From a virus, in the IMG/VR virus record IMGVR_UViG_3300045988_170943, positions 256,001-320,000 of that record: a stretch of DNA of 64,000 nt; one strand, given 5' to 3'. A model generated the notes under the pieces. It saw only the letters and a program-made list of their open reading frames with translations, did no database searches and was not told where the DNA came from. Positions 28,172 through 38,351 of this stretch are shown here, piece after piece; the stretch's first letter is position 1, and the number at the start of each line of letters is the position of its first letter. The position numbers and the translations under genes were made by a program.

Positions 28172-29239
28172 ATGAGCACCAACAAGGACACCGCATTCAC
28201 CTCCAGTAGTGAGTCAACAGACGACATGCTGGAGGCAATCAGTGTGACCGGCGACAGCACAGACGACGACAGCATCATCGCCAGCGAGAAGAAAAACGAG
28301 CGTCGCCGCCTCATCTACGTGTCCATCGGTGGAGCGGTAGCCATCGCCCTCATCATCGGCGGAATATTCCTCGTTCCCACTGTCAAAGGCGGGAAGGTTC
28401 CACCCGCCAGCACCGTCACAGCCACCACCAGCACCAAGGCTAAGGCAAGTAGCGCTATCCCGTCCGGTGCCCCAGGAGCAGACCAGAACTTCGCAAAAAC
28501 CAACCAGATCCCCTTCGAGCACGAAAACTGGCAGGCAGACGACTACAAGACCCAGACCAACAACGAAGGGAACACCCAGAAGTTCCTTGAAACCATCCGC
28601 ACCAGCATCGAGGCAGGAAAACTCGACAACGGTACCCTAGCCCTCGCATCCAGTACACTCCCCTCAGAAGCGGCCGGTTACACATCCGACCAGGACAAAG
28701 TAACACTAGAAGATGGCTCCCTCAACCCCATGTACGCCTACTGGACGAAGGAACTGTTCGAGACAGAGGTCGGCACCACCCTGGAACGCCTACTCAACCC
28801 CACATTCGGGGGCTGGGAAAACTACCAGTACCCAGAGTACCAGGCAAACACCCAGTTCGACACCTCCATCATCAGCGACATGTTCACCCCCAACTGGCTA
28901 GAAACCAACACAGGGAAACCCTACAACGAGTACGTGCCAGTCATGGCCGACTGGGGCTCAGACAACTATGGGGGCGGCTACAACCTCACCGACGTCGCAC
29001 GCTGGTACGGTCGAATCCAAACCAGCAGCATCGACTTCAACTACAACGAGGAAACCCAACAGTACACGGCCGTCTATACTGCCAACGTCAAATACACGGC
29101 GTGGACCAAGGACCAGAAAACAGTTGAGAGGACCGGGACGCTCACCCTCAACCTCGTACCAGCAGCGTCCCAACAAAACAGTAACGGATCAAGTCACAGG
29201 GTCCTGATCGAATCAGCAACCCTGAAGGTGGACAACTGA
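28172..29239 (+). CDS. Type II membrane-anchored extracytoplasmic protein
   Basis: Acidic cytoplasmic N-terminus, a TM helix LIYVSIGGAVAIALIIGGIFLV, and a ~280-aa exported domain. Confidence 0.45.
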   Translation: MSTNKDTAFTSSSESTDDMLEAISVTGDSTDDDSIIASEKKNERRRLIYVSIGGAVAIALIIGGIFLVPTVKGGKVPPASTVTATTSTKAKASSAIPSGAPGADQNFAKTNQIPFEHENWQADDYKTQTNNEGNTQKFLETIRTSIEAGKLDNGTLALASSTLPSEAAGYTSDQDKVTLEDGSLNPMYAYWTKELFETEVGTTLERLLNPTFGGWENYQYPEYQANTQFDTSIISDMFTPNWLETNTGKPYNEYVPVMADWGSDNYGGGYNLTDVARWYGRIQTSSIDFNYNEETQQYTAVYTANVKYTAWTKDQKTVERTGTLTLNLVPAASQQNSNGSSHRVLIESATLKVDN

Positions 29240-29240
29240 G

Positions 29241-31340
29241 ATGAGAAAAAGTAGACTTTTCAGCAGAACAGGCCTCATCAGCCTACTTGCTGCCGCCCTC
29301 ACCGCGCTAGGCGTCTCGTCTCCAGCGCTCGCGTTAGACAACTCCGGCGGCATCGGCGGTGGCGCGGGCGGAGGCACCGTCTCCTATGCATACTGGGCTG
29401 CCGCCACCGGCTCCAACGCCTTCCAGGTATTCCAGAGCAAAGCCGCCCAGGGCCGCGACTTCGAAAGCAAGTTGCGTGCATCCGGCGCAGACATCAACAT
29501 CTGCAAACGCTCAAACGTCATCTGGTGGGTTCACACCAACAACCAGGGCGGATTCTGGGTCAACAACTGGAACGGATACACGCACGGCCCACACAACAGC
29601 GTCTCCTACACCATCAACTCCCCATGGACATTCTCAGGCAGGCCCCCAACAGGGGCCGAGTACAACCAGTTCCGCGCATGGGACCGCAACAAGAACGGCA
29701 ACAAGGTTGACAACCGCCCAGGGTACACAGTCATCTGTGGCGGCGCGTTCCTCCAACCCGACCAGCACCGCAGCCACGTCGAGTGGGACCACAAGTCCCA
29801 AGGCGAGAAGGCCAGCGTGTCCGGCACCTATGCCTATGTCACCAGCGTCACCCCAGTCAAGGTAGAGGGGCAGTACCCCGGCGGAGGCGACTACGAGTCC
29901 CAGTCCGCTAGCGTGAAAACCAACTTCGGTAAGTGGTACGACATCCTGGGTAAGGACGTCGGGAAGATGACCGTAGCCCAAGCACAGGCGAAAGCCAACG
30001 AACTTACGCGCCAGGACCAGGGGAACGCACAGTCCGCCGTCACCCTGAGTGCGAAGAACCAGGCCGCGTTCGCCAAGGGCGGCATCCTCAACGTATCTGA
30101 GCACAAGGTGACCGCGAAGATCGACTTCCAACGGACCCGCACCGACACGATGAAGCGGACCTGCTCAGAGAAACGCACCTGGAACTCATACTGGGGCACC
30201 TGGAACCCATGGCAGCCCAACGGCTGTACCAAGTGGGAGAAGGCTGGCACCTCATGGACTCCAACAGCAGTCGCTAAGGCCACACAGACCCCACAAAACG
30301 TGGGCTTCTACCAGATGCTCAGCGTGCACTGCAACAAGGAGGCATTCGACGCCCTCATCAGCGGTACCACGGCCCAGGTCGTCAGCCAGGGAGACCCCGA
30401 GCACGGCATCTCCGCTGTCGCACAGACACAGAGGTACGACAAGCAGCCCACGCACCCTGACTTCGGTGACAAGTCCAACCCGAACGCTGCGGCGGCCGCA
30501 ACCGGCACCTATGGGTTCTACGACAAGGAGTGCCCATACGACTGCACCCCATCAGCAGACCCATCACAGGGCGCAAGCAAGGCCAACGATGCCATCAACA
30601 ACCACGGCACCTCAGGAGCAACCTCCATCGGCCTGAACGGGGCATCAGCAGACAACGGGAAGACCGAAACCAACTCCTTCGAGTTCTTCCGCGACAACAA
30701 CCCACGCGGAATCCGACTGGACACATGGTACCCGAAGAGCAATGACACCGTGAGATACAACGGACACGCAGCCCTCACAACCACAGTATCACGCTGGGTG
30801 GAAGGCACCCCGGACATCACTGGGGCTAACGGCGGCAAGTTCACACTCACCGCCAAAGGCAACAGCAACCAGAAGGTCAACGTGTTCAACGGCAAGGGCG
30901 CACAGGCCGTCACCCAACGCAACTGGTCCAAGGGCACCTTCAGCAACAGCACAGGAAGCGTCATCGACGGGTTCTACAACCAGTTCGACGCTAACGCATC
31001 CTGGGCGTCCGAAGAAGGTAAACCACAGGTCCTTAACTTCAAGTGGGAGTACGCCCCAGACGTCGTAACCCGGTTCCCCGTCACCCTCGGGTTCAACCGG
31101 GCAGGAGGAACCAGCACACCTCACACAACCGACATGGTAGACAAGGTCACCCCCATCGAGGGTAAGTGCTACGCTTCCTTCGGAACCGACCAAGCCAGGG
31201 ACACTCGCACACTGTTCCGTGACAACACCGGTACCGGCACAAAGAACACGATTGACGGCACAATCATCGACGGGACAGAGAACCCGAGTTGGGTCGCCAC
31301 GAACATAGTCATCAACTTCGTGAGGTCCACAACCGAGTGA
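29241..31340 (+). CDS. Secreted protein with cleavable signal peptide (699 aa), Gly/Asn/Thr-rich
   Basis: MRKSRLFSRTGLISLLAAALTALGVSSPALA is a classic Sec signal with an AxA cleavage site. The start is immediately after the upstream stop. Confidence 0.5.
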   Translation: MRKSRLFSRTGLISLLAAALTALGVSSPALALDNSGGIGGGAGGGTVSYAYWAAATGSNAFQVFQSKAAQGRDFESKLRASGADINICKRSNVIWWVHTNNQGGFWVNNWNGYTHGPHNSVSYTINSPWTFSGRPPTGAEYNQFRAWDRNKNGNKVDNRPGYTVICGGAFLQPDQHRSHVEWDHKSQGEKASVSGTYAYVTSVTPVKVEGQYPGGGDYESQSASVKTNFGKWYDILGKDVGKMTVAQAQAKANELTRQDQGNAQSAVTLSAKNQAAFAKGGILNVSEHKVTAKIDFQRTRTDTMKRTCSEKRTWNSYWGTWNPWQPNGCTKWEKAGTSWTPTAVAKATQTPQNVGFYQMLSVHCNKEAFDALISGTTAQVVSQGDPEHGISAVAQTQRYDKQPTHPDFGDKSNPNAAAAATGTYGFYDKECPYDCTPSADPSQGASKANDAINNHGTSGATSIGLNGASADNGKTETNSFEFFRDNNPRGIRLDTWYPKSNDTVRYNGHAALTTTVSRWVEGTPDITGANGGKFTLTAKGNSNQKVNVFNGKGAQAVTQRNWSKGTFSNSTGSVIDGFYNQFDANASWASEEGKPQVLNFKWEYAPDVVTRFPVTLGFNRAGGTSTPHTTDMVDKVTPIEGKCYASFGTDQARDTRTLFRDNTGTGTKNTIDGTIIDGTENPSWVATNIVINFVRSTTE

Positions 31341-31398
31341 GGCATCAGGTTTGTTCTGACAAGGTGATATAGTACCTTAAAGGAACAAAACCGGCAGT

Positions 31399-31438
31399 GG
31401 GGCTGGAGACATTACCAGAAATGGTGGTCTCCAGCCCC
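31399..31438 (+). terminator. Perfect 12-bp hairpin (GGGGCTGGAGAC / GTCTCCAGCCCC, 16-nt loop)
   Basis: Read directly from the sequence, 59 nt after the stop of the secreted-protein gene. Confidence 0.5.
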
Positions 31439-31503
31439 TAACTTCACGCCCAGCCCTAAACCCTTCAACCCGCCCCCTGAGAGACAACCACCGTAAGCAT
31501 GCT

Positions 31504-32577
31504 ATGGGACACAAAATAGCCTCCATCATCAAGAACTCCAACATCAACATCATCAAGACCCTTGGTGCCGCACTGGCGGCAGTCACCGTCGCCCTGATCT
31601 CCTCGCATCTCGCCGGATACGTGAACAGTCTCGTCCTCGTCGGGGCCGCCTCCGTCATCACCGCTCTTGCCTCCGAGGCCTACCGGATGATCTTGTCAGC
31701 AACCACCAGGACTGTGGCCGCAACAGCCCGCAAAACAGCACAAGTCATTAAGGACCAACCACAGGACCTTGAGGACACCCAGGAGATCCCCACCGTCAGC
31801 GACAGCCAGGGGGACACAGACGCAACCCCCAATGAGACCACTGTCCTGGACACGACCAGCCCAAAAGAGGCAATCAATCCCACTCCACGGGCAAGTCAAG
31901 ACATCACGAAAGAGTCGCCTGCTAGCGAGAAAGCGGCCGCGGCCATTGTCTCCAAGATGTCAACATGGGTCACAAGAGCGAACCCCAGAACCGTGAAGAC
32001 ATGCTTCCGGTGGGCCATCATGTTCCTCTCTATGACACTCATCGCCGTCGGAGCCAGTTACCTCATGGGCGGCAAGGACACGGAACGTATCGTCTACCGT
32101 GATGTTGTGAAAGACTCCCCTACATCTGCCGCACCCAGCACCCTGTCCAGCACTACGGAGAACACTCAGGGCGCCAACAGTACCACCCCTAGCGCGGGCA
32201 GCAGTCAAGACAACGCCACGCCGCCCAGCCAGGCCGAGCAGGTCACCCCCACCACAGAGCCAGACAGTGGCAGCAAGTCCATCACCCAACAAGGCACCCA
32301 AGAGAAAGAAAACCCCCACCCAGGAGACAGCAGCAGCAACTCAGGGGCCAGCAGGCAGAAGCAAGCCCCCAACACCTACACCCAGCAGAACCAGGAACAA
32401 GTCAACCCGGACAGTCAGGCGAACAGAGACGGCACCAGTCATCAAGACAACCACAAGAAACAGGAAGATGACAACCAAGAAAGCCAGGCCAACCAGGATG
32501 CAGGCAGCGGTGATCAGAATCCAGCCAACCAGGCAGGCCAAGGTACCGAAGAAGTAAACAACAACACAGGCGACTGA
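31504..32577 (+). CDS. Membrane protein with Q/N/D/S-rich low-complexity extracytoplasmic region
   Basis: Two TM helices (TLGAALAAVTVALISSHLAG; WAIMFLSMTLIAVGASYL) and a long compositionally biased tail. Confidence 0.4.
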   Translation: MGHKIASIIKNSNINIIKTLGAALAAVTVALISSHLAGYVNSLVLVGAASVITALASEAYRMILSATTRTVAATARKTAQVIKDQPQDLEDTQEIPTVSDSQGDTDATPNETTVLDTTSPKEAINPTPRASQDITKESPASEKAAAAIVSKMSTWVTRANPRTVKTCFRWAIMFLSMTLIAVGASYLMGGKDTERIVYRDVVKDSPTSAAPSTLSSTTENTQGANSTTPSAGSSQDNATPPSQAEQVTPTTEPDSGSKSITQQGTQEKENPHPGDSSSNSGASRQKQAPNTYTQQNQEQVNPDSQANRDGTSHQDNHKKQEDDNQESQANQDAGSGDQNPANQAGQGTEEVNNNTGD

Positions 32578-32631
32578 GAAAATGTTACACTGAGGGTTAG
32601 AACACTTACCTGAAACCCCTAGGGAGACCAC

Positions 32632-34329
32632 GTGAGGACCAGCAGGCAGACACGCAAGTACTCAGAGTACAGAGACGACCCAGACGTCCGGGTACCTGTA
32701 GTCCGCTGGCTCATGGACAAATGGCTTATGTATGCGGCCTTCACCATGGCGGCAATCGTCATGGTTGCTGTCACCACCAGCCAAGGCAACGCATCCTACC
32801 GGGCCATCACAGCCGCCCCCCAAAAAAACAGCCCCTACCAGGACATCCAGGCCGTTGACTCCCCAGGGATGCGATGGGCGAAAACACTCGTCGCAGAAAA
32901 CCCCGACAACATCAAGGACTGGACACCCGGAACATCCAGCACCCCCAAGCACCCACTACCCAATGACACCTGCAAACAGGAGCAGGTACCCAGCACCGTC
33001 CTAGCCGCCTATGACGCTACCGGCAAAGACGTCACTGTCACCGTCCAGGTCTACGGGGCCGGGCAGGCAGCCAAACAGTTCACCACCTACAAGGATGGTG
33101 CATGGGCCAACTGCCTACAGAATATGGAGCAGGTGGCAAACGCCAAGGATAACGGCGTCAACGCATACAAGTTCGACGGCGGGTTCCTCATCACAGCAGG
33201 TGACGCCACCCTAGGAGCAGCAGTCAAGGACACAGGGCTACGGGACCGGCTACTCGCCCACTATGTTGCGCGTGTCCCTGCCACCCTCAACGACTCCCAG
33301 TGCGCAGCCCTTATCTCCACAGACCAGGACGCCACCCGCTCGTTCTACTACACCCCAAGCGCCTACAGTGGATACAAGCGAACCCAGGTGGTCCACACCA
33401 AGGTCACCATCAAAGGCAATGCCACCCCTATCGCACAGCAGTTGAAGGACATCGCTGACACTGACGCTGAGCAGCCGGAAGGTCCACTACCACAGGGATT
33501 CCCTGAACTCCCCAAGGAGATACAGAAGCCCACACACCCAAACATTGTGAACGACGTGGACGACTTCATTACACACGCAACCTACCCCATCAAGGACACC
33601 TCTGGCCCAGGCTGCGGATGGGCATGGTCGTCCCAGAAGTCCCCCACATATGATGAGCAGAATCTCGCTAAGACCCAGAACGAGGCCGTCACCAAGGCTC
33701 AAAACGAGGCGGATCAGCGGGCCACAGACTACATGAAGAACCGGCACTACTACTCCGGGTCTATGGTCACCTACCTAGCACAGGCGGACTCCTGGAACCG
33801 GTACGTCTCCCAAGTGGATGCTGTACACGAGAAGTGGACTTGGCTCACCACCCAAAGAGGCCTCATCGAGTCATCCTGGCGAGGATATGTCGATGAGCAC
33901 AACTCGTGGTTCACTTTCGACGACCGCAAACAGGCCGCCAAAACCACCTATGACCGTGAGGTCCTAACCTGCAACACTGCCAACGAGGAACTGAAGAAGT
34001 GGCAGACCCAGTACGGCGACGCCTGGAAACGGAAGCAAGAGGAGGCCACCCAGAGAGGACTACCAGCACCGTCCGCGTCACCCACACCATCGGCCAGCCC
34101 TAACCCCACACCAGGTACCGTCATGCCAGCCCCCACACCCGCCCCGGCAGCGACACCCACACCCACGCCTGGAGGATCCAGTGGCGACATCCCGGCACCC
34201 CCACCGGGATGCACCACGCCACCAGTGAAACCAGAGATCCTGGATCAGCAGAAGCCAGCCGAGCCGCAGCCCCCAACGATCCCCGATGGCGTGACTATCC
34301 CAGCCTCCTGGCCCCAGCCCAGTAAGTAA
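32632..34329 (+). CDS. Membrane-anchored extracellular protein with Pro/Thr/Ala-rich C-terminal linker
   Basis: N-terminal TM (LMYAAFTMAAIVMVAVTT), a 500-aa exported domain and a C-terminal PTPSASPNPTPGTVMPAPTPAPAATPTPTP repeat. Confidence 0.45.
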   Translation: MRTSRQTRKYSEYRDDPDVRVPVVRWLMDKWLMYAAFTMAAIVMVAVTTSQGNASYRAITAAPQKNSPYQDIQAVDSPGMRWAKTLVAENPDNIKDWTPGTSSTPKHPLPNDTCKQEQVPSTVLAAYDATGKDVTVTVQVYGAGQAAKQFTTYKDGAWANCLQNMEQVANAKDNGVNAYKFDGGFLITAGDATLGAAVKDTGLRDRLLAHYVARVPATLNDSQCAALISTDQDATRSFYYTPSAYSGYKRTQVVHTKVTIKGNATPIAQQLKDIADTDAEQPEGPLPQGFPELPKEIQKPTHPNIVNDVDDFITHATYPIKDTSGPGCGWAWSSQKSPTYDEQNLAKTQNEAVTKAQNEADQRATDYMKNRHYYSGSMVTYLAQADSWNRYVSQVDAVHEKWTWLTTQRGLIESSWRGYVDEHNSWFTFDDRKQAAKTTYDREVLTCNTANEELKKWQTQYGDAWKRKQEEATQRGLPAPSASPTPSASPNPTPGTVMPAPTPAPAATPTPTPGGSSGDIPAPPPGCTTPPVKPEILDQQKPAEPQPPTIPDGVTIPASWPQPSK

Positions 34330-34346
34330 CGAAACGCATACAACTA

Positions 34347-34375
34347 TGGCGTCTATCACAGGGGGCTGGTATAAT
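34347..34375 (+). promoter_or_regulatory. Candidate promoter with extended -10 (TGgTATAAT) upstream of ssb
   Basis: TATAAT at 34370-34375 is preceded by TGG. The -35 is weak (TGGCGT). Confidence 0.35.
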
Positions 34376-34480
34376 ATGTGCAGACTTAATGCCCAGGCAC
34401 TTTCCCCGACCTGGGTGAAGTCATGCTCAAGCCATACATTGAGCAAAACACTAGAACAATAACACAACAAGGAGAAACGT

Positions 34481-34999
34481 ATGGCTTTCGGTCGCAACAG
34501 GATTGACTTCACAGGTCGGGTCACCAAGGACCCGGAACTACGGACCACCCCAAGTGGCAAGCAGGTCTGGAACTTCACCCTGGCCGACACGGTTCAACGT
34601 AAGGATCAGGCATCTGGTAAGTATGTCGATGACTACACCATCTTTATGCCCTGCCAGGTGTGGAACCGACCCGCAGAGAACGCTGCCGCATCATGCCGCA
34701 AAGGCGAATACATCACTGTTATTGGTTCGCTTAAGAAGTCTCCTGACTACCAGGATAAGCAAACTGGTGAGATGAAGGAGGGGCGACTCTATATCTCTGT
34801 GGACGAGTTCTGCCTGAACCTCCAGTTTGACCCAGCGCACTCGGAGCGTCAGCCTGGTCAGGGCAGTAGTGGCTACCAGCAGAAGAGCGGCGGTGGAAAT
34901 GGTTACCAGGGCGCCCCGCAGCAGCAGTTCCAGCAGCCCCAGCCCCCAGCGAGTGGTTTCGGGTTCGGTGGAAACTATGATGAAACCCCACCGTTCTGA
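34481..34999 (+). CDS. ssb: Single-stranded DNA-binding protein (SSB)
   Basis: OB-fold N-terminus (GRNRIDFTGRVTKDPELRTTPSGKQVWNFTLA ... IFMPCQVWNR), a Gly/Gln-rich linker and an acidic C-terminal tip DETPPF. AAGGAGA RBS upstream. Confidence 0.8.
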   Translation: MAFGRNRIDFTGRVTKDPELRTTPSGKQVWNFTLADTVQRKDQASGKYVDDYTIFMPCQVWNRPAENAAASCRKGEYITVIGSLKKSPDYQDKQTGEMKEGRLYISVDEFCLNLQFDPAHSERQPGQGSSGYQQKSGGGNGYQGAPQQQFQQPQPPASGFGFGGNYDETPPF

Positions 35000-35028
35000 T
35001 CCCACGATCTGAGCGTGCAAGAATGCAG

Positions 35029-35069
35029 TAGGTGGTCCAGGGAGTTCGTTCTCACCTGGGCCACCTACT
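35029..35069 (+). terminator. 14-bp hairpin (GTAGGTGGTCCAGG / CCTGGGCCACCTAC, one G-U pair) downstream of ssb
   Basis: Read directly from the sequence. Confidence 0.5.
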
Positions 35070-35218
35070 ACTCTGTCCGACCAAACCCTGGAGACCACAG
35101 ATGTTCCCACGTGATTGGTATTCGACAATAGTGCAATACACATGAGGCGATATGATTGATACACTAATGGACGACAATACGCCCACAGGGTTTAACGAGT
35201 TAGGGGACAGGAGTCGGC

Positions 35219-36088
35219 GTGGAAATTTACGTGGACAAGGTGCTGCCGAAGTGGCTTGCAAACAGGGTTGCCCCCACCCCAAAACTTGATGCGAATGACG
35301 AGGACCAGGTACCACCGCCCCCACCACCAACAGATGTTGACAAGATTGAGGCTGGGGAGGAAGTAGCCGTTCCCAGATTCACGGACATCTTCAAGGAGAC
35401 TGGCGACCCCACTCTAAAAAGCGCAACCAGGTTCACCGACTACCTGAGCGTCGAGGAGAACAAACGCAAAGCCACTCGGGCTGCCATCATAGCCCTGCTC
35501 GTCCTCCTGTTCGCCGGAATCATCTTCATCGGATACCTGGCATCCCGCCCCGCCAAACCCACCCCCAAGCCCGCAACCACAGCAACCGCCACACAGCCCC
35601 CCATTGACGCTCAGTGGGACGCTGGAACTATCGAGAACCCGATCACCAAGGCTCTACCAGATCACCCCACACCCACCGCCTCAGGGGTGCGCACAGACGT
35701 CACCGACACGGCCATCACCTTCAGTAGCGGCTACACCCTAAATCTTAAGGACGCAAAAGCCACCAGCGGGCAGGAAGCATGCACTGTCACACAGCCCACC
35801 GACTTCTGTTACTCTGGAACCATCACAGCAGGTAAGGTTGAAGGTCGGATTTACACACTCAGGGACACAGTACACTCACGCTTGTTCGACGGGGCGGCAG
35901 GATGGAAGGCCGCCACCAAGGAGAACGCCATCCTTGCCGGAACCCTCAACATCATCACAGACTCCACCGGTAGCCGAACGCCAGCCGTCGTCATAGGCGC
36001 CGGAGATGGGGCAGGAGTCATGATAACCACCAACAGTGATCAGGCCGCACAGGCCATCATGAACGCTATCACAGTCACCAAGATGTGA
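35219..36088 (+). CDS. Membrane-anchored extracytoplasmic protein
   Basis: Pro-rich N-terminus, a TM helix AIIALLVLLFAGIIFIGYL and a 200-aa exported domain. Confidence 0.4.
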   Translation: MEIYVDKVLPKWLANRVAPTPKLDANDEDQVPPPPPPTDVDKIEAGEEVAVPRFTDIFKETGDPTLKSATRFTDYLSVEENKRKATRAAIIALLVLLFAGIIFIGYLASRPAKPTPKPATTATATQPPIDAQWDAGTIENPITKALPDHPTPTASGVRTDVTDTAITFSSGYTLNLKDAKATSGQEACTVTQPTDFCYSGTITAGKVEGRIYTLRDTVHSRLFDGAAGWKAATKENAILAGTLNIITDSTGSRTPAVVIGAGDGAGVMITTNSDQAAQAIMNAITVTKM

Positions 36089-36186
36089 CACGGGGTGCCA
36101 GCCACACCACTCGTCACGCAGTAACTAAACGCATACCGCACTACCACCAAAGAACACGCGCAATCGCCAGGCATTAAGGAGCACGC

Positions 36187-37260
36187 ATGTACACAACAGT
36201 AGGCGCCCTAGCGGCAGGCTACATCATCGGCATGCCCACTCTCATGGCCTTGTTCCTATTCGCCCACAACCGGCTCGTCACCGAGAAGAAGATAGAGCGA
36301 GCCACCCTCAAGAAAAAGAAGGGCACCCTTAAAGACTCCAGCAAAGACCCATCCAACATCGTCCCCCTGTCCGTCACTATCTGGGAACGACTCAACTTCC
36401 TCCTCAAAGAGGACACGCGACTACTAAGGTCAGGAAGCAAGAAGGACGACAACCAGGACGGCAAGGACGAGAAGGTGCCAGAGAGCGGCATCACCAACAA
36501 GCAAGCGTTTTTCGGGATCCTCACTGCTGGACTCATCATGTTCGTCTCACCTGCATTCGGTGCCACATGGTGGATGCTCGCCGCCGGAGGATTCACATTC
36601 TACAGTGCTATCGGGTTCGCCTCATCCACCGCAAAACCCATCATGGAGGCCCGCAAGAAAGCCATCACCAAGATGGTCAACATCGCCAAGTCCAAACTCG
36701 GCAACACGGAAACCAACCCCAGTGAGATCGTCACCGTCCTAGAATGGGATCAACTTGTCAAACCACTAAGGCTTACGTTCACGATCCCGCACACGTTCAA
36801 CGGGGAAATGGGAGAAGACGCATTCCTCCGACAGTTCAACCAGGGGTTCGGGCAGGTGCGCACATTCGTCCCAGACAACCGCGACCCACAGAAACCAGGC
36901 TGGGACTACGACCAGGACATTCTCACCCTGTACGCCGTACCCCCACTACCAGTCATCGCACCATTCAGCGAGCACTACGTCATCGGGGAAGCAATCGCCA
37001 AGTCATTCATCCCCATCGGACTGGGTATCGACGGTGGCCTGGAACTACCAAACCCTGAGACCGGGGAGATTGAGCACGTCATCGGGTTCGACCTAGCCGG
37101 TGAGCAGAAAGCCCTCGCAGACAAGTACGGAATCAAGGTCGCAGAAAACATCTCTGGCGCATCCCCACAGGGCCTCGTCGCCGGACCCACAGGTGGAGGC
37201 AAGTCACTGTCCATCGACACTCCCGTCCTTGTTCGTGTCCCTAAGAAACCGGTTGCGTGA
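36187..37260 (+). CDS. Polytopic membrane protein
   Basis: 357 aa with at least 3 TM helices (e.g. FFGILTAGLIMFVSPAFGATWWMLAAGGFTFYSAIGF). Confidence 0.45.
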   Translation: MYTTVGALAAGYIIGMPTLMALFLFAHNRLVTEKKIERATLKKKKGTLKDSSKDPSNIVPLSVTIWERLNFLLKEDTRLLRSGSKKDDNQDGKDEKVPESGITNKQAFFGILTAGLIMFVSPAFGATWWMLAAGGFTFYSAIGFASSTAKPIMEARKKAITKMVNIAKSKLGNTETNPSEIVTVLEWDQLVKPLRLTFTIPHTFNGEMGEDAFLRQFNQGFGQVRTFVPDNRDPQKPGWDYDQDILTLYAVPPLPVIAPFSEHYVIGEAIAKSFIPIGLGIDGGLELPNPETGEIEHVIGFDLAGEQKALADKYGIKVAENISGASPQGLVAGPTGGGKSLSIDTPVLVRVPKKPVA

Positions 37261-37296
37261 CACGTTTTCAGGCGATATAATGCCAGTAGGCCGCAA

Positions 37297-37572
37297 TTGG
37301 TGACAAACAGCACGAAGGAAACAGACATGCCCACATACGAGGAACGCCTAGCATCCATGAAGGCACAGCGTCAGGAAAACGGTGGAGTAAAAGGCCTCTA
37401 CCACGCCAACATCAACGTACTCGACCGAAACACTCTTGAGGACGCTATGAAGCATCCAGAGAACTACCCGAACCTCACTGTCCGCGTCAGTGGCTATGCC
37501 GTCAACTTCGTCAAACTAACCCATGAGCAACAGTTAGACGTCCTCCGCCGCACCTTCCACTCCCAGGCCTGA
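37297..37572 (+). CDS. grcA: Autonomous glycyl-radical cofactor (GrcA/YfiD-like; stand-alone pyruvate-formate-lyase C-terminal glycyl-radical domain)
   Basis: [48 protein letters not shown] aligns almost residue-for-residue with the GrcA/PflB C-terminus, including the RVSGYAV glycyl-radical motif. At 91 aa it is a stand-alone domain. Confidence 0.75.
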   Translation: MVTNSTKETDMPTYEERLASMKAQRQENGGVKGLYHANINVLDRNTLEDAMKHPENYPNLTVRVSGYAVNFVKLTHEQQLDVLRRTFHSQA

Positions 37573-37685
37573 ACCTAACCACACCTCAAGACCGGAACGC
37601 TCCTGCATCTTGGTGGACACCCGAACAAGCCCCATGAGTGCCCAAAGGCGGCAGTATCCTACCGTATCCTCTGAATGACAAACGT

Positions 37686-37725
37686 GAAGCATGCCAGCAC
37701 TGAAATCAATCAGGCGGCATGCTTC
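37686..37725 (+). terminator. Perfect 10-bp hairpin (GAAGCATGCC / GGCATGCTTC) between the grcA-like gene and the activase gene
   Basis: Read directly. It overlaps the track's ATG at 37719, which argues against that start. Confidence 0.3.
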
Positions 37726-37832
37726 GTCATCTCACCAGGGGTACCCTGCTCAGGTTCCTCTACCACCACAAGGACGCTCCGCACCCTAGACGCAACCGCC
37801 CTATTCGCGCACAGGAAGTGAACCCACCTAAC

Positions 37833-38351
37833 ATGACCAGGTACATCGGGTACAGTAGATTCGACATCGCCAACGGCCCTGGCATTCGCGTATCCATCTT
37901 CCTGTCCGGGTGCTCATTCAAATGCAAAGGGTGCTGGTCCGCCACCGCCCAGAACCCACGCATGGGAGACCTCTTCACGACAGACATCATCAGAATGGTG
38001 CTCGACGACTGTGCGCAAACAGGCATCGCCGGGCTCTCCATCCTTGGTGGTGAACCCTTCGAGAACACTGACGCCACCAGGGAACTCGTGCGAGCATTCC
38101 GGGCCAAGTTCGGGAACACTAAAACTATCTGGGTCTGGTCAGGGTTCTACCTGCACGAGATACTAGCAGACTCCAGAAAGGTAGCCATCCTCAAAGACGT
38201 GGACGTACTCGTTGACGGCAGATTTATCCTGGAACAGCGAGACACCAGCCTCAGGTTCCGTGGGTCACGCAACCAGTCAGTGCTTGACGCCCCACGATCC
38301 ATCCGGGCCAGTGAAGCCGTCTGGTGGGAAGGAATCAAACCCGGCCAGTGA
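37833..38351 (+). CDS. nrdG: NrdG-like glycyl-radical enzyme activating protein (radical SAM)
   Basis: From the internal Met, YIGYSRFDIANGPGIRVSIFLSGCSFKCKGCWS matches the NrdG N-terminus (DIVNGPGTR ... SGC...C.GC.N) with a CxxxCxxC cluster. GGAAG RBS upstream. The track start at 37719 would add an atypical 38-aa leader. Confidence 0.65.
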   Translation: MTRYIGYSRFDIANGPGIRVSIFLSGCSFKCKGCWSATAQNPRMGDLFTTDIIRMVLDDCAQTGIAGLSILGGEPFENTDATRELVRAFRAKFGNTKTIWVWSGFYLHEILADSRKVAILKDVDVLVDGRFILEQRDTSLRFRGSRNQSVLDAPRSIRASEAVWWEGIKPGQ

